Shown here piece by piece: positions 18,497 to 28,534 of a DNA stretch of 64,000 nt. Under the pieces are notes generated by a model, which saw only the letters and a program-made list of their open reading frames with translations, ran no database searches and was not told the origin of the DNA. The DNA lies in NCBI GenBank assembly GCA_020718085.1, contig DYDB01000003.1:61569-125568 (forward strand), read 5' to 3'. The position numbers and the translations under genes were made by a program. Source of the DNA: Micavibrio sp. (GTDB lineage: Bacteria; Patescibacteriota; Minisyncoccia; Moranbacterales; GCA-2747515). Numbering within the stretch: the stretch's first letter is position 1; each line of letters starts with the position of its first letter.

Positions 18497-21379
18497 TCAT
18501 TTCTTCAAGATCTCACGCAAGTATTTTGCTGTGTAACTCTCTTTGTGATATTTAATCACTTCTTCCGGAGAGCCCGCGATGATGATCTTGCCTCCACCGG
18601 ACCCGCCCTCAGGGCCCATGTCGATGATCCAATCCGCTGTTTTGATCACATCCATATTGTGTTCGATCACAACCACACTATTACCACCTTCCACCAAACG
18701 ATGTAACACATCAAGTAATTTTGTCACATCTTCAAAGTGTAGTCCCGTTGTCGGTTCGTCTAAAATATACATCGTTTTTCCCGTTGCTCTGCGCGCAAGT
18801 TCTGTGGCCAATTTTACCCGCTGTGCTTCACCACCACTAAGCGTTGTCGCACTTTGACCCAAGTGAATGTATCCCAAGCCCACATCTTGTAACGTTTTGA
18901 TGATCGTATGAATTGCCGGGTATGGTTCAAAAAATCCCACGGCCTCGTCCACTGTCATATCCAATACATCTGCAATTGTCTTATCACGATATGTGATCTG
19001 CAATGTTTCGCTGTTATATCTCTTACCCTTACAGACATCGCACGGTAGATATACGTCTGCCATAAATTGCATTTCGATCTTGAGTGCACCGTCACCTTCG
19101 CAATTATCACATCGCCCGCCCCGCACATTAAAGCTAAATCGTCCCGGCTTATACCCGCGCGCCTTTGCCGCTTTAGTCTGCGCAAACAGGTCACGAATCG
19201 GTCCGAATACACCGGTATACGTTGCCGGATTGGACCTAGGTGTACGCCCGATCGGACTCTGATCGATCATGATCACCTTATCAAGATGTTCCGTGCCAAT
19301 GATCTCTTGATGTTTCCCCGGTCGTACTGCAGAGCGCATCAATTTATGTGCCAATCCTTTGTATAAAATTTCTTCTACAAGCGTTGATTTTCCACTACCG
19401 GAAACACCCGTCACCACAGTCATCATACCAAGTGGAAATTCTACCGTAATGCCTCGCAAATTATTCTCACGCGCACCGCGTATGATCAGCATTTTTTTAT
19501 TTTTTACTGCACGTCGCTGTGTAGGAATAGGAATAAATTTCTCGCCACGCAAATATTGCGCCGTTAATGATTCCTTATTCTGAATTACTTTTTCCGGCAC
19601 ATCGGCCGCGACAATGCGTCCGCCATGTTTACCTGCGCCCGGACCAATATCCACCAAGAAATCAGCTGCACGCATTGTCTCCTCATCATGTTCGATCACG
19701 ATCACTGTATTACCCAGATCACGCAAATATAGTAATGTTTCAAGTAATTTTGAGTTATCACGCGCATGCAAACCGATTGACGGTTCATCAAGAATATAAA
19801 GCACGCCAACCAACTGCGATCCGATCTGACTTGCCAACCGTATACGTTGTGATTCACCACCACTAAGCGTGTGCGCACTGCGTGCAAGCATGAGATAGCC
19901 AAGTCCGACTTTGTGCAAAAAGCTCAGTCGCGAGATCACTTCCTTAATAATGCGCTCACCAATAATTTTTTCCTGTGTATTAAGTTTTAATTTTTCAAAA
20001 AATTTCACAGTGTCGGCAATTGTCATCTGTGATACCTCGTCAATATTTTTATGTCCCACTTTTATCCAAAGCACCTCTTTCTTATATCGGCTACCCTGAC
20101 ATGCACTGCACGGCTTGCGTGACATATATTGCTCAATATCTTTTCGAATACTGTCTGACTCCGTTTTTTTATAGCGATCCTCCAAAAATCCCACGATGCC
20201 TTTCCACTCAACAGTAAAGCGCCACATGCTTCCTTTGGCACTTTTCATACTTACAGGAATCGGGTCCGGATCCTCATCTCCATACACCAAAATATCGAAC
20301 TGTCTCTGCGTAAGATCTTTAATGCGCACATTGTCAGGAATATGGTAGTGTTGCAAAACCGCATGAAAGATCGCACCATAATAGGAATTCTTTTTCTTAC
20401 TGCTCCATGGCAATACACCACCCTGTGCGATCGTTCTTGTCATGTCCGGGATCACCATCATATGATCAATTTCTTTTTTTGTTCCCAATCCTTCACATGC
20501 CGGACAAGCACCGTAAGGAGAATTAAAACTGAAAAGGCGCGGCTCCAGATCCGGAAAAACGATTTTCGGGTGACGATGACATGCAAACTTTTGATTATAC
20601 ACTGTGATCTTTTTTGCTTTCTTTGTGTAAGGAAATCGCACAAAGACCAGACCATCTGCGATCTTAAGTGAGATTTCCACCGCCTCAAAGAGGCGAGAAA
20701 TCTCTTCCGCATCAACCTTCATTGTATCTACAATGATCTCAATATTATGTTTTTTATGACGATCCAAGACCAATTCGCTCGCAGCATCCAAATTGTGAAC
20801 TTTTCCGTTGATATATGCTTCCATGAATCCTCTGTCCCACATATCAGAAAATAATTTCAAATATGTGCCTTTGCGCGCCCGCACAACGGGTGCACAAATT
20901 TCTATCTCTTCTCCCTGAGAATTGTCGATGATCTGTGCAACAATTTCGTCAGTTGACAGAACAGTGATCGACTCATCACATTCCGGACAATGTGGCACAC
21001 CGATCTTTGCCCATAGAAGACGCAGATAATCATGCACTTCTGTCACTGTACCAACAGTTGATCGTGGATTATGCGATGTGGTTTTTTGATCGATCGAGAT
21101 CGCAGGTGATAACCCTTCGATCGTATCCACATCCGGCTTATCCATTTGTCCCAAAAATTGACGTGCGTAACTGGACAAACTTTCCAAATAACGGCGTTGT
21201 CCTTCTGCAAAAATTGTGTCAAAAGCCAAGGTTGATTTTCCACTACCGGAAAGGCCCGTGAACACCGTAAAGCTATCTCGCGGAATCGTGAGATTGATGT
21301 TCTTGAGGTTATTTTCCCTCGCCCCCTTGATAACAATATTGTCTGACTTTTCTTTCATAGCCATCAAAGTATAAACCAC
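18497..21379 (-). CDS. uvrA: Excinuclease ABC subunit A
   Basis: Two ABC ATPase modules ([25 protein letters not shown]), zinc-finger Cys pairs and [16 protein letters not shown] signatures. ~950 aa. Confidence 0.95.
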   Translation of the reverse strand: MVYTLMAMKEKSDNIVIKGARENNLKNINLTIPRDSFTVFTGLSGSGKSTLAFDTIFAEGQRRYLESLSSYARQFLGQMDKPDVDTIEGLSPAISIDQKTTSHNPRSTVGTVTEVHDYLRLLWAKIGVPHCPECDESITVLSTDEIVAQIIDNSQGEEIEICAPVVRARKGTYLKLFSDMWDRGFMEAYINGKVHNLDAASELVLDRHKKHNIEIIVDTMKVDAEEISRLFEAVEISLKIADGLVFVRFPYTKKAKKITVYNQKFACHRHPKIVFPDLEPRLFSFNSPYGACPACEGLGTKKEIDHMMVIPDMTRTIAQGGVLPWSSKKKNSYYGAIFHAVLQHYHIPDNVRIKDLTQRQFDILVYGDEDPDPIPVSMKSAKGSMWRFTVEWKGIVGFLEDRYKKTESDSIRKDIEQYMSRKPCSACQGSRYKKEVLWIKVGHKNIDEVSQMTIADTVKFFEKLKLNTQEKIIGERIIKEVISRLSFLHKVGLGYLMLARSAHTLSGGESQRIRLASQIGSQLVGVLYILDEPSIGLHARDNSKLLETLLYLRDLGNTVIVIEHDEETMRAADFLVDIGPGAGKHGGRIVAADVPEKVIQNKESLTAQYLRGEKFIPIPTQRRAVKNKKMLIIRGARENNLRGITVEFPLGMMTVVTGVSGSGKSTLVEEILYKGLAHKLMRSAVRPGKHQEIIGTEHLDKVIMIDQSPIGRTPRSNPATYTGVFGPIRDLFAQTKAAKARGYKPGRFSFNVRGGRCDNCEGDGALKIEMQFMADVYLPCDVCKGKRYNSETLQITYRDKTIADVLDMTVDEAVGFFEPYPAIHTIIKTLQDVGLGYIHLGQSATTLSGGEAQRVKLATELARRATGKTMYILDEPTTGLHFEDVTKLLDVLHRLVEGGNSVVVIEHNMDVIKTADWIIDMGPEGGSGGGKIIIAGSPEEVIKYHKESYTAKYLREILKK

Positions 21380-21407
21380 TATGCGATCTTTTTCAAGAAC
21401 AAGATAT

Positions 21408-22724
21408 CTAGAAAAAAGCTACACCATAAGTAATGGGATAAAAAGCCAAAAAGGCCAAGATCACCACAGACACAAATATGACATCAAACTTTTGCAATAT
21501 GTTCCTTTTATCCAACAAATATACACCGATCATGATCGAAAAAATCAAACTGATCATATAATGATATAAGAACATCACGCGATCGATCAAGAGAAATGGA
21601 AACCAATTAACAAAAAAGCCAACCAACAATAAGTTAATATGGATATTTCGACGAAAACGATACAACAACTGTGTGATCACAGCCCATATCACAGATGCTG
21701 CGCCAAAAAACCACAGCACAAAATTCCCAAAAAAATAGATAAATCGCCCCATATCATCGGTCCAATAATACACCGGTTTGACCATAAACGGCCATGTGTA
21801 CCACATACTGCCATATGCATGTCCTTGCGTAATACTTTTATTGGCACTATACATCGTACGATTTAGTTCCAAAAACTGTTTCCACATCGACATCGGCTCT
21901 ATAGAAAGATCTGCATGAAGATCATGTTGTGTGTCATAAAAACTTTTTGACATAAAAGAATCGCCACTTCCAGGATGTGGCAAAAGCATAAAATGCATAA
22001 TAAAAAAAGAAAAATACAACACACAGGGCACAACAACAAAAAGTAACAATGATTTTCCCACATATCGCACATTGTATATGCGTCGCGTAATTATTTCATA
22101 GATCAAAATAAGAAAGAGAAAAGTGATTCCCGTCCACTTGATCGAAACAGCCAAGCTGCCACATACACATGCTGCGAGTAAAAAAATATTTTTTGTACAC
22201 CGACGATAGATCATATACATCAAAAGTGCCACAAACCCAAAAAGTATAAGAAATCCATCTAGAAATAAAAAATGTGTTTGGACAACAAGTGAGTTCTCAA
22301 AAATTAATAATATACTGAGCACTGTTGATCCGCGAAGAGAAAAACCCATCTCCAATGCTAAAAAAAATAGAACTATCGGAATAAGCGAACCGGTCAAACA
22401 TGGTAAAAAGCGAAGTATGAACTGCTCATGATCCACATACGCATTTCCAATAGTAGAAAAATCACTATCAAGACGTGTGTCAAAAATATGCACAAATCCA
22501 AAGATGATCAATTTGCCAAGTGGCGGATGAATATCAAAATAATATTCTCCATTTTCATAGGCAGAAATAAATCGACCAAAATACACCTCATCAAAGACAA
22601 CTTCTTGTGGCGACCCAAAAAAAGCAAAATGTACAATAAAACTGAATACTGATAGTACGCAAATAATCACTTTTTTTTGTGACATCTTCATAAATAATTT
22701 TCGCATAATTCGCAAAAACATCAT
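21408..22724 (-). CDS. PMT/GT39-family integral membrane glycosyltransferase (protein O-mannosyltransferase-like)
   Basis: N-terminal loop motif VVFDEVYFGRFISAYENGEYYFDIHPPLGKL matches the PMT family (DE...HPPLGK), followed by a multi-TM body. Confidence 0.7.
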   Translation of the reverse strand: MMFLRIMRKLFMKMSQKKVIICVLSVFSFIVHFAFFGSPQEVVFDEVYFGRFISAYENGEYYFDIHPPLGKLIIFGFVHIFDTRLDSDFSTIGNAYVDHEQFILRFLPCLTGSLIPIVLFFLALEMGFSLRGSTVLSILLIFENSLVVQTHFLFLDGFLILFGFVALLMYMIYRRCTKNIFLLAACVCGSLAVSIKWTGITFLFLILIYEIITRRIYNVRYVGKSLLLFVVVPCVLYFSFFIMHFMLLPHPGSGDSFMSKSFYDTQHDLHADLSIEPMSMWKQFLELNRTMYSANKSITQGHAYGSMWYTWPFMVKPVYYWTDDMGRFIYFFGNFVLWFFGAASVIWAVITQLLYRFRRNIHINLLLVGFFVNWFPFLLIDRVMFLYHYMISLIFSIMIGVYLLDKRNILQKFDVIFVSVVILAFLAFYPITYGVAFF

Positions 22725-22763
22725 TCGTAATTACATCTCCCAAAAAACAAAAACTTCTTTTAA

Positions 22764-22801
22764 CCCCCTCTCCCTCTGGGAGAGGGCTGGGGTGAGGGTG
22801 G
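22764..22801 (-). terminator. GC-rich hairpin terminator after the M23 peptidase gene
   Basis: ccctctcc-ctctg-ggagaggg plus an alternative gggg/gaggg pairing in an otherwise AT-rich region. A T-run follows on the minus strand (complement of 22741-22760). Confidence 0.55.
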
Positions 22802-22875
22802 ATTTTTATCTTTCTCATTTATGACAAAATTTCGGAACTTACAATAAAATCCGCATGAGTTACGGATTTTTTATT

Positions 22876-23427
22876 TTATATTTTTTGTTTTTTTATTCTG
22901 TGATCACCATATGTGTTGATAAATTCATGTGGACATACCCAATCTTCACGCACTGTTCGCTTCTGTTTTACATCATAGTATCCTGGAAAAACCTTTCCAT
23001 CCCACATGCCCACATATATGCCAAAATGCACATGTTCCACAGGCCACCAACCATTCTCTGTGGTATTGCTCCCACCCACGCGTCCAATCATTTCTCCCAT
23101 ATCAACACGCGCACCTTTTGTTTTGACTACGGCACCAAGGTGACCATACACTGCATAAAACAACATCCGTGAAACGGGGTGCTTATAAGCTATTATGACC
23201 ACATTGCCCCAATTACCTTTTACATTACTACCCGGATGCAATGCGGCATAAACAATGTGCCCCCGTCCAATCGACACAACAGGCGTATCTACCGGACATA
23301 TAATATCTTCTCCCAAATGCTCACCCCAATCAACACCATCATATATGCCATGCACACCAAATTTCAAACCGTTCACGGTATAGTTTTTTACAGGATATTG
23401 TAATTGTCGCGTGTATGCATATGCCAT
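22876..23427 (-). CDS. M23-family (LytM-like) metallopeptidase
   Basis: HxxxD-like and HxH motifs: HLGEDIICPVDTPVVSIGRGHIV...GNVVIIAY...GEMIGRVG...HVHFGIY. Confidence 0.75.
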   Translation of the reverse strand: MAYAYTRQLQYPVKNYTVNGLKFGVHGIYDGVDWGEHLGEDIICPVDTPVVSIGRGHIVYAALHPGSNVKGNWGNVVIIAYKHPVSRMLFYAVYGHLGAVVKTKGARVDMGEMIGRVGGSNTTENGWWPVEHVHFGIYVGMWDGKVFPGYYDVKQKRTVREDWVCPHEFINTYGDHRIKKQKI

Positions 23428-23495
23428 AATAACCTGCCATTGTTACGAAGAATTTTTATTTTTATAAATGCACATTAATAAAAATATACATCATA

Positions 23496-23714
23496 CTACC
23501 ATTTGATCTGAAATTCCAATTCTTCACCATCGGATCCTTTCTCGTGCTCGATATTAATGACAGCATCATGTGGAATTGCAATTTTTTCACCCGCCACTTG
23601 AATTACAAACTTTTTATCTTTTTCCAATGCATCTGCCAACCGACGGATCTTCTTGATAAAATCTTTTTTTGTATATATTTTTTCAATATCCCTTTTTTTG
23701 CTTGGTTTTTTCAT
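23496..23714 (-). CDS. Amphi-Trp domain small protein (72 aa)
   Basis: Lys/Glu-rich protein ending ...EHEKGSDGEELEFQIKW, the characteristic amphi-Trp C-terminus. Confidence 0.55.
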   Translation of the reverse strand: MKKPSKKRDIEKIYTKKDFIKKIRRLADALEKDKKFVIQVAGEKIAIPHDAVINIEHEKGSDGEELEFQIKW

Positions 23715-23741
23715 ATATTTTTGCAGTTATTTTTGAACGTA

Positions 23742-24296
23742 TTATTGCATCATTTTCAACAATTCCTCCATTCCCGTTGTAAACGTGGTAAATCCACTTG
23801 CTTGATTAATGTGTCCTGCCTCGCTCAAAACAATAAGCTTTCCACTTAATTTTTCCTCCAATAATTTTCCTTCTTCAAGCGGCACATATGGATCATCATC
23901 AGAGTTTATAAATGTTCTATGTGTTACAACATGTGCCACTTTTTCATAATCAAGCGGAGTTTCAAAAAAACTATCCAGGTATGGAATGCCGATTGATCGA
24001 GAAAAACCAGCCACCAAAAGCATGCCCCCAATTTTTTCACCTTCTTTCAACGATTCCGCATAACGCATGATCGCCATACATCCCAAACTATGGCCAACGA
24101 GAAATATTTCTTCATTTGGCGCATCAATCTTTGTATGCAAATAATTGACCCATTCATCCATTTTGGGAAAATCCATATTTGGCATATGCAAAACTTCAGC
24201 AGAAATATTTTGTGCATCAAGTTCAGCTTTCAACCACGGAAACCAATTTGCATCCGGAGAACCGCTCCATCCGTGAACAATAAAGACTTTTTTCAT
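23742..24296 (-). CDS. RBBP9/YdeN-family alpha/beta serine hydrolase
   Basis: VHGWSGSP...WFPWL...GHSLGC nucleophile elbow. ~185 aa. Confidence 0.7.
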   Translation of the reverse strand: MKKVFIVHGWSGSPDANWFPWLKAELDAQNISAEVLHMPNMDFPKMDEWVNYLHTKIDAPNEEIFLVGHSLGCMAIMRYAESLKEGEKIGGMLLVAGFSRSIGIPYLDSFFETPLDYEKVAHVVTHRTFINSDDDPYVPLEEGKLLEEKLSGKLIVLSEAGHINQASGFTTFTTGMEELLKMMQ

Positions 24297-24388
24297 AAAA
24301 TTATAAAAAACGTAACAACCTCATTCTACCGCATATCAGCAAACATGCCAAAATATTTAACACTACTAACTAAAAAATATGATAATAA

Positions 24389-24418
24389 AAATCCTGCAGA
24401 TCATATAGATTGCAGGAT
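24389..24418 (-). terminator. Intrinsic terminator after pepA
   Basis: atcctgca-gatcatatagat-tgcaggat with A/T-run flanks. Confidence 0.6.
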
Positions 24419-24434
24419 TTTATGTATTTATTGA

Positions 24435-25826
24435 CTACAGAACAAGTTCCGCCAAAAGACGTATTGGTGCGCCTTTTGCGCCTTTTGCCAACTGCTCATC
24501 AAAAACCGCTGTCATGGTTGGTGCAATATCAATATGCATCCAGTGATCCTTATAATCTTTGACAAAATGCTTGAGGAAAAGAGCTGCCGTAATTGCGCCA
24601 CCAATGCCAGCTTGCCCTTTTGTGCGGATATTGGCAATATCACCATGCGTCCCAACGATCTCTGCAGCATAGTCATCCCACAGTGGCATGCGCCACACAG
24701 CATCACCCGTTTTTTCCCCAGCCACGATCGTCTGCTGTGCTAATTCATCATTATCAGTAAATATCGCACTCGCACGCTCACCCAACGCGACTGCTGCTGC
24801 ACCTGTCAGTGTTGCAACATCAATTACTTTTTTTGGATTGAACGCTTTGGCATATGTCAGTGCATCTGCAAGGATGAGTCGGCCTTCCGCATCCGTATGT
24901 CCAATTTCCACATGTGTGCCATCCATCATTGTCACAATATCACCCGGGCGCATGCTCATACCACTTGGCATATTTTCCACCGCAGGAATAAGCACTACGA
25001 TGTGTTCTTCGCTATTCAAACGATCTGCAGCAAAGATCGTTGCCACAACAGCTGCCGCTCCACTCATATCCATCATCATTTCCAATCCGTGTGGATGTGG
25101 TTTGGTATCAATGCCACCACTATCATAAGTAACACCTTTTCCCACAAGCACCGTCGGTTTTTTGGTTGCACTGCTTCCCATGTATTCTAAAATGATAAAT
25201 CGTGATTGACATGCGCTACCTTGTCCAACAGACAACACGCCATTCATTTTTTTACGACGCATTTGTTTTTCGTCTAAAACACGCATTTTGACCTTTGTGC
25301 CTTTGATTGCCTTTCGAATAATGCCCGCAAGATGTACTGGGGTCATATCGCCACCCGGCGTATTTGCAAGGTCACGACAAAAGTTTACTTGCGACGCGAT
25401 TGTCACGCCCCTACGAAAATTCTTATATACACACGTTTTGTCTTTCTTATCCGCTACAACGATCACCTCATCAATATTATGCCATCCTTCCTCTGGTTTG
25501 ACGCGATATTTACGAAACTCATAATCCGCCATATATACAGCTTCTGCAAAAATTTGCTCCAAGTCGGTACCGATATTTTCAAACTGCATCAGATCTTTCC
25601 ACATGATCTCCAATCGTTCAATTCTGTATTTTTTCGCCTCCTGAATTATTGAACGCACAAGCACGATCCACTTGCGACGTGTCATCACTTCTGCTTTCGG
25701 GATCTTTATTTCCAAGGAATCTCCTTTTACACCAACCACAAAGCGATTTCCCACGATCTTCTCCTGCAATGACACGCGCGTATATTTTTTGCGTGTAGTA
25801 TTTTTATCGACAATCGTGATCTTCAT
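24435..25826 (-). CDS. pepA: Leucyl aminopeptidase (M17 family)
   Basis: M17 signature NTDAEGRL (IGHTDAEGRLILADAL). ~460 aa. Confidence 0.85.
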   Translation of the reverse strand: MKITIVDKNTTRKKYTRVSLQEKIVGNRFVVGVKGDSLEIKIPKAEVMTRRKWIVLVRSIIQEAKKYRIERLEIMWKDLMQFENIGTDLEQIFAEAVYMADYEFRKYRVKPEEGWHNIDEVIVVADKKDKTCVYKNFRRGVTIASQVNFCRDLANTPGGDMTPVHLAGIIRKAIKGTKVKMRVLDEKQMRRKKMNGVLSVGQGSACQSRFIILEYMGSSATKKPTVLVGKGVTYDSGGIDTKPHPHGLEMMMDMSGAAAVVATIFAADRLNSEEHIVVLIPAVENMPSGMSMRPGDIVTMMDGTHVEIGHTDAEGRLILADALTYAKAFNPKKVIDVATLTGAAAVALGERASAIFTDNDELAQQTIVAGEKTGDAVWRMPLWDDYAAEIVGTHGDIANIRTKGQAGIGGAITAALFLKHFVKDYKDHWMHIDIAPTMTAVFDEQLAKGAKGAPIRLLAELVL

Positions 25827-25947
25827 ATGTGCAATTGGTTAAAAGATTATATGTTTCATTCTCTCTATTAAAGGCTGTTTTTGTTACTTCGTCAAATTAC
25901 AGACAACTTCTCACCCGTTCCACACATTCGTTGTAAGATAATAAAAA

Positions 25948-25979
25948 ACTCAATCTAATGAAATCACATTAGATTGAGT
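25948..25979 (-). terminator. Intrinsic terminator after glyQS
   Basis: 13-bp stem actcaatctaatg / cattagattgagt, loop aaatc, with a T-run on the minus strand. Confidence 0.65.
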
Positions 25980-25996
25980 CTTCCTCATCATATCTT

Positions 25997-27397
25997 CTAT
26001 AGATTTTTTTCGAGAAATACTGACAATTCCTCTACTGAAACACTCGTTTGCTCCATTGTATCGCGGTCCCGTACAGTGACCGTGCCTTTTTCAAGCGTGT
26101 CAAAATCAATTGTCACGCAATACGGCGTACCAATTTCATCTTGACGACGATACCGCTTGCCCACATTACCATTATCATCAAATTCACACATATATTGTTT
26201 TCTGAGCATGTCATGAACTTCACGTGCTTTTGCGACCAATTCCGGCTTATTTTTGAGAAGTGGAAATACTGCCACCTTGATCGGTGCAAGAACTTTTGGC
26301 AATTTAAGCACTGTGCGAGTCTTCCCTTCACCTAGATCTTCTACAGTAAACGCCTTGTCCAAAAACATAAGGAAGAGCCGACCCAATCCCACAGAAGTCT
26401 CCATGATATGTGGAATGAATTTTTCTTTGGTCTTTTCATCCACATAATCCAAGATCTTACCAGAGTGTTTGCTATGTTGTGACAAATCCCAATCTCCACG
26501 AGCATGAATACCTTCAACTTCCTTAAATCCACCAAGTGAGCGAAAATTATATTCAATATCATATGCTTGAGACGCATAATGCGCGAGTTTTTCATGCTTA
26601 TACCAGCGGATATCTTCTTTTGCAATGCCAAGTTCCAGATACCACTGCCATCGCGCATCTCTCCACATATCATATTTTTCATCCATCATTGATGGATGCA
26701 GAAAATACTGCATTTCCATCTGTTCAAATTCCCGTGTACGAAAAACAAACTGCCGTGCCACAATCTCGTTACGAAACGCTTTGCCCACCTGTGCGATACC
26801 AAAAGGTAATTTTACACGTGTAGAATCAAGTGTGTTCTTGTATTCCAAATAAATGCCTCCACATGTCTCCGGACGCAAATATACAACATTTTCCTCACTC
26901 AGTGCATCAGTTGGTGAGCCGAGATTGGATTTTACCATCAGTGAAAATCTCTTTGCTTCTGTAATGTCCTTTGACCCGCAATTCACACATTTTAACTTTC
27001 CTTGCTCACGCAGTTTGTCCAATTCCGCATTGATAAATTCAATTGGCATTTTGTCCGCCACAATATCAAATGCTTCCAATACATGATCTGCTCGCATACG
27101 CGCCTTACAATTACGACAATCGATCTGCGGATCATCAAAACTGTCCACATGTCCCGAAGCCACCCATGTTGTCGGATGCATGAAGATCGCACTGTCCAAT
27201 CCGACTACGTCATCACGATATTGCACCATATGCTTCCACCATGAGTCACGAATATTGTTCTTGAGAAGTGTTCCATAGTGCCCATAATCATAAATTGCAC
27301 CAAGCCCACCATAAATTTCTGACGAAGGGAACACGAATCCGCGTCGCTTGGTAAGCGATACAAGATCCTCCATGATAGTTTCTTTTTTGTCTGCCAT
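25997..27397 (-). CDS. glyQS: Glycine--tRNA ligase (alpha2 dimeric class II type)
   Basis: N-terminus MADKKETIMEDLVSLTKRRGFVFPSSEIYGGLGAIYDYGHYG plus class II motifs. 466 aa. Confidence 0.9.
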   Translation of the reverse strand: MADKKETIMEDLVSLTKRRGFVFPSSEIYGGLGAIYDYGHYGTLLKNNIRDSWWKHMVQYRDDVVGLDSAIFMHPTTWVASGHVDSFDDPQIDCRNCKARMRADHVLEAFDIVADKMPIEFINAELDKLREQGKLKCVNCGSKDITEAKRFSLMVKSNLGSPTDALSEENVVYLRPETCGGIYLEYKNTLDSTRVKLPFGIAQVGKAFRNEIVARQFVFRTREFEQMEMQYFLHPSMMDEKYDMWRDARWQWYLELGIAKEDIRWYKHEKLAHYASQAYDIEYNFRSLGGFKEVEGIHARGDWDLSQHSKHSGKILDYVDEKTKEKFIPHIMETSVGLGRLFLMFLDKAFTVEDLGEGKTRTVLKLPKVLAPIKVAVFPLLKNKPELVAKAREVHDMLRKQYMCEFDDNGNVGKRYRRQDEIGTPYCVTIDFDTLEKGTVTVRDRDTMEQTSVSVEELSVFLEKNL

Positions 27398-27399
27398 AC

Positions 27400-27600
27400 A
27401 AATTGTTGATTAATGCTTAAATAAATTAAAAACTCGTCCCGATCATTCCAAGATTATATCCTTGAAATCATCAGGACGAGTTTCCCCGCGGTTCCACCTG
27501 CTTTTTTGAGCGACATCTGCCACTCAAACACCTCATAATTTTCTCCCCATCAAACGTGCCACGGTCTGATCAACACATGTGCACTGTAACATGCAAATCA
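27400..27600 (-). promoter_or_regulatory. T-box riboswitch leader of glyQS (glycine specificity predicted)
   Basis: The minus strand reads AAAAAGCAGGUGGAACCGCGGGG (plus 27484-27507), against the T-box consensus AAUUAGGGUGGNACCGCG. The variable residue is A (UGGA), which would pair with the discriminator U73 of tRNA-Gly. A long terminator hairpin follows immediately (plus 27428-27483) with a T-run, then the ATG. A candidate specifier GGC sits at plus 27558-27560. Confidence 0.65.
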
Positions 27601-27621
27601 TATATTGTCAAAAACAAAAAA

Positions 27622-27645
27622 TGACACAGCGGGTGGGAAGTGTCA
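27622..27645 (-). terminator. Intrinsic terminator after pgeF (also upstream boundary of the T-box leader)
   Basis: tgacac-agcgggtgggaag-gtgtca, flanked by A-run and T-runs on both strands. Confidence 0.55.
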
Positions 27646-27780
27646 TTTTTGTTTTTATTTTTGTTTTTATTTTTGCCTCTAAATTACGATTTTTAACAAA
27701 AAATGAGCAACAAGCCTAAATATAGCTCATTACTCACCCGTTGATACTATTATAGCACACTTTTAGACAAAAATCAAGCC

Positions 27781-28500
27781 CTATTTCCGCATGCCAACAA
27801 CACTCAACATCGCGCTGAACGAATCTCCTCCGTGACGACGCGCAGAGTACAGATTTTCATCAGAAAATGTACATGCCGTACACCCCTTGACCTTATACAT
27901 GTCCACACCTGCACCATGCACTTGATCCAGGATCATTTGTTGCAAATTCACACGCACCTTACCTACTGTACTGCCAGGTACAATATATTTATCTTGACTA
28001 TAAAAACCAAACTGTGTGATCAATTCATCAAATCCAAAATCAAACTGGTTTTGTGATATGCCTGGTCCGATTGCAATTGAAATATCTTTGTGTTTTGCAC
28101 CTTGTTCTACCATCGTATGGATCGTTGCAGGAATGATCTCAGCAATGATCCCTCTCCACCCTGCATGTGCAATACCTACCATCTCCGCCACCGGATCATG
28201 AAAAAGTACTGGAAAGCAATCTGCTGTTGTCACGGAAAGAAAAATATTCTTCTTATTTGTCACGAGCGCATCGGTGTTTTCATAAAATTTTTGTGATGCA
28301 TCTTCCACAACTGCTACATTTGCACTGTGTGTCACAAATGCGCTCACAAAATTTTCATATGGGATGCATAACTTTTCACAAAATGTGATACGATTTTTTA
28401 CCACTTCTTCTTGTGACTCGTCATCACGTAATTTCATATTACCATCTTGTGCCGTGGACATTGCAGCGATCACATTCTGTGCATCATCAAAAAAACTATA
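27781..28500 (-). CDS. pgeF: YfiH/PgeF-family (DUF152, laccase-domain) purine nucleoside/peptidoglycan editing enzyme
   Basis: Conserved His/Cys core (CFPVLFHDPVAEMVGIAHAGWRG...GPGISQNQFDFG...CTFSDENLYSARR). Start placed at MYSFFDD so that it does not overlap tgt. Confidence 0.7.
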   Translation of the reverse strand, partial: YSFFDDAQNVIAAMSTAQDGNMKLRDDESQEEVVKNRITFCEKLCIPYENFVSAFVTHSANVAVVEDASQKFYENTDALVTNKKNIFLSVTTADCFPVLFHDPVAEMVGIAHAGWRGIIAEIIPATIHTMVEQGAKHKDISIAIGPGISQNQFDFGFDELITQFGFYSQDKYIVPGSTVGKVRVNLQQMILDQVHGAGVDMYKVKGCTACTFSDENLYSARRHGGDSFSAMLSVVGMRK

Positions 28501-28534
28501 CATAAAATAAACTATATTATCCCAATTAAATAAT

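Noticed and set aside
22591-22818. 75-aa ORF translating the GC-rich hairpin as PSPLPEGEG
   Set aside because: Its translation runs through a palindromic terminator, with no start context. It is spurious.
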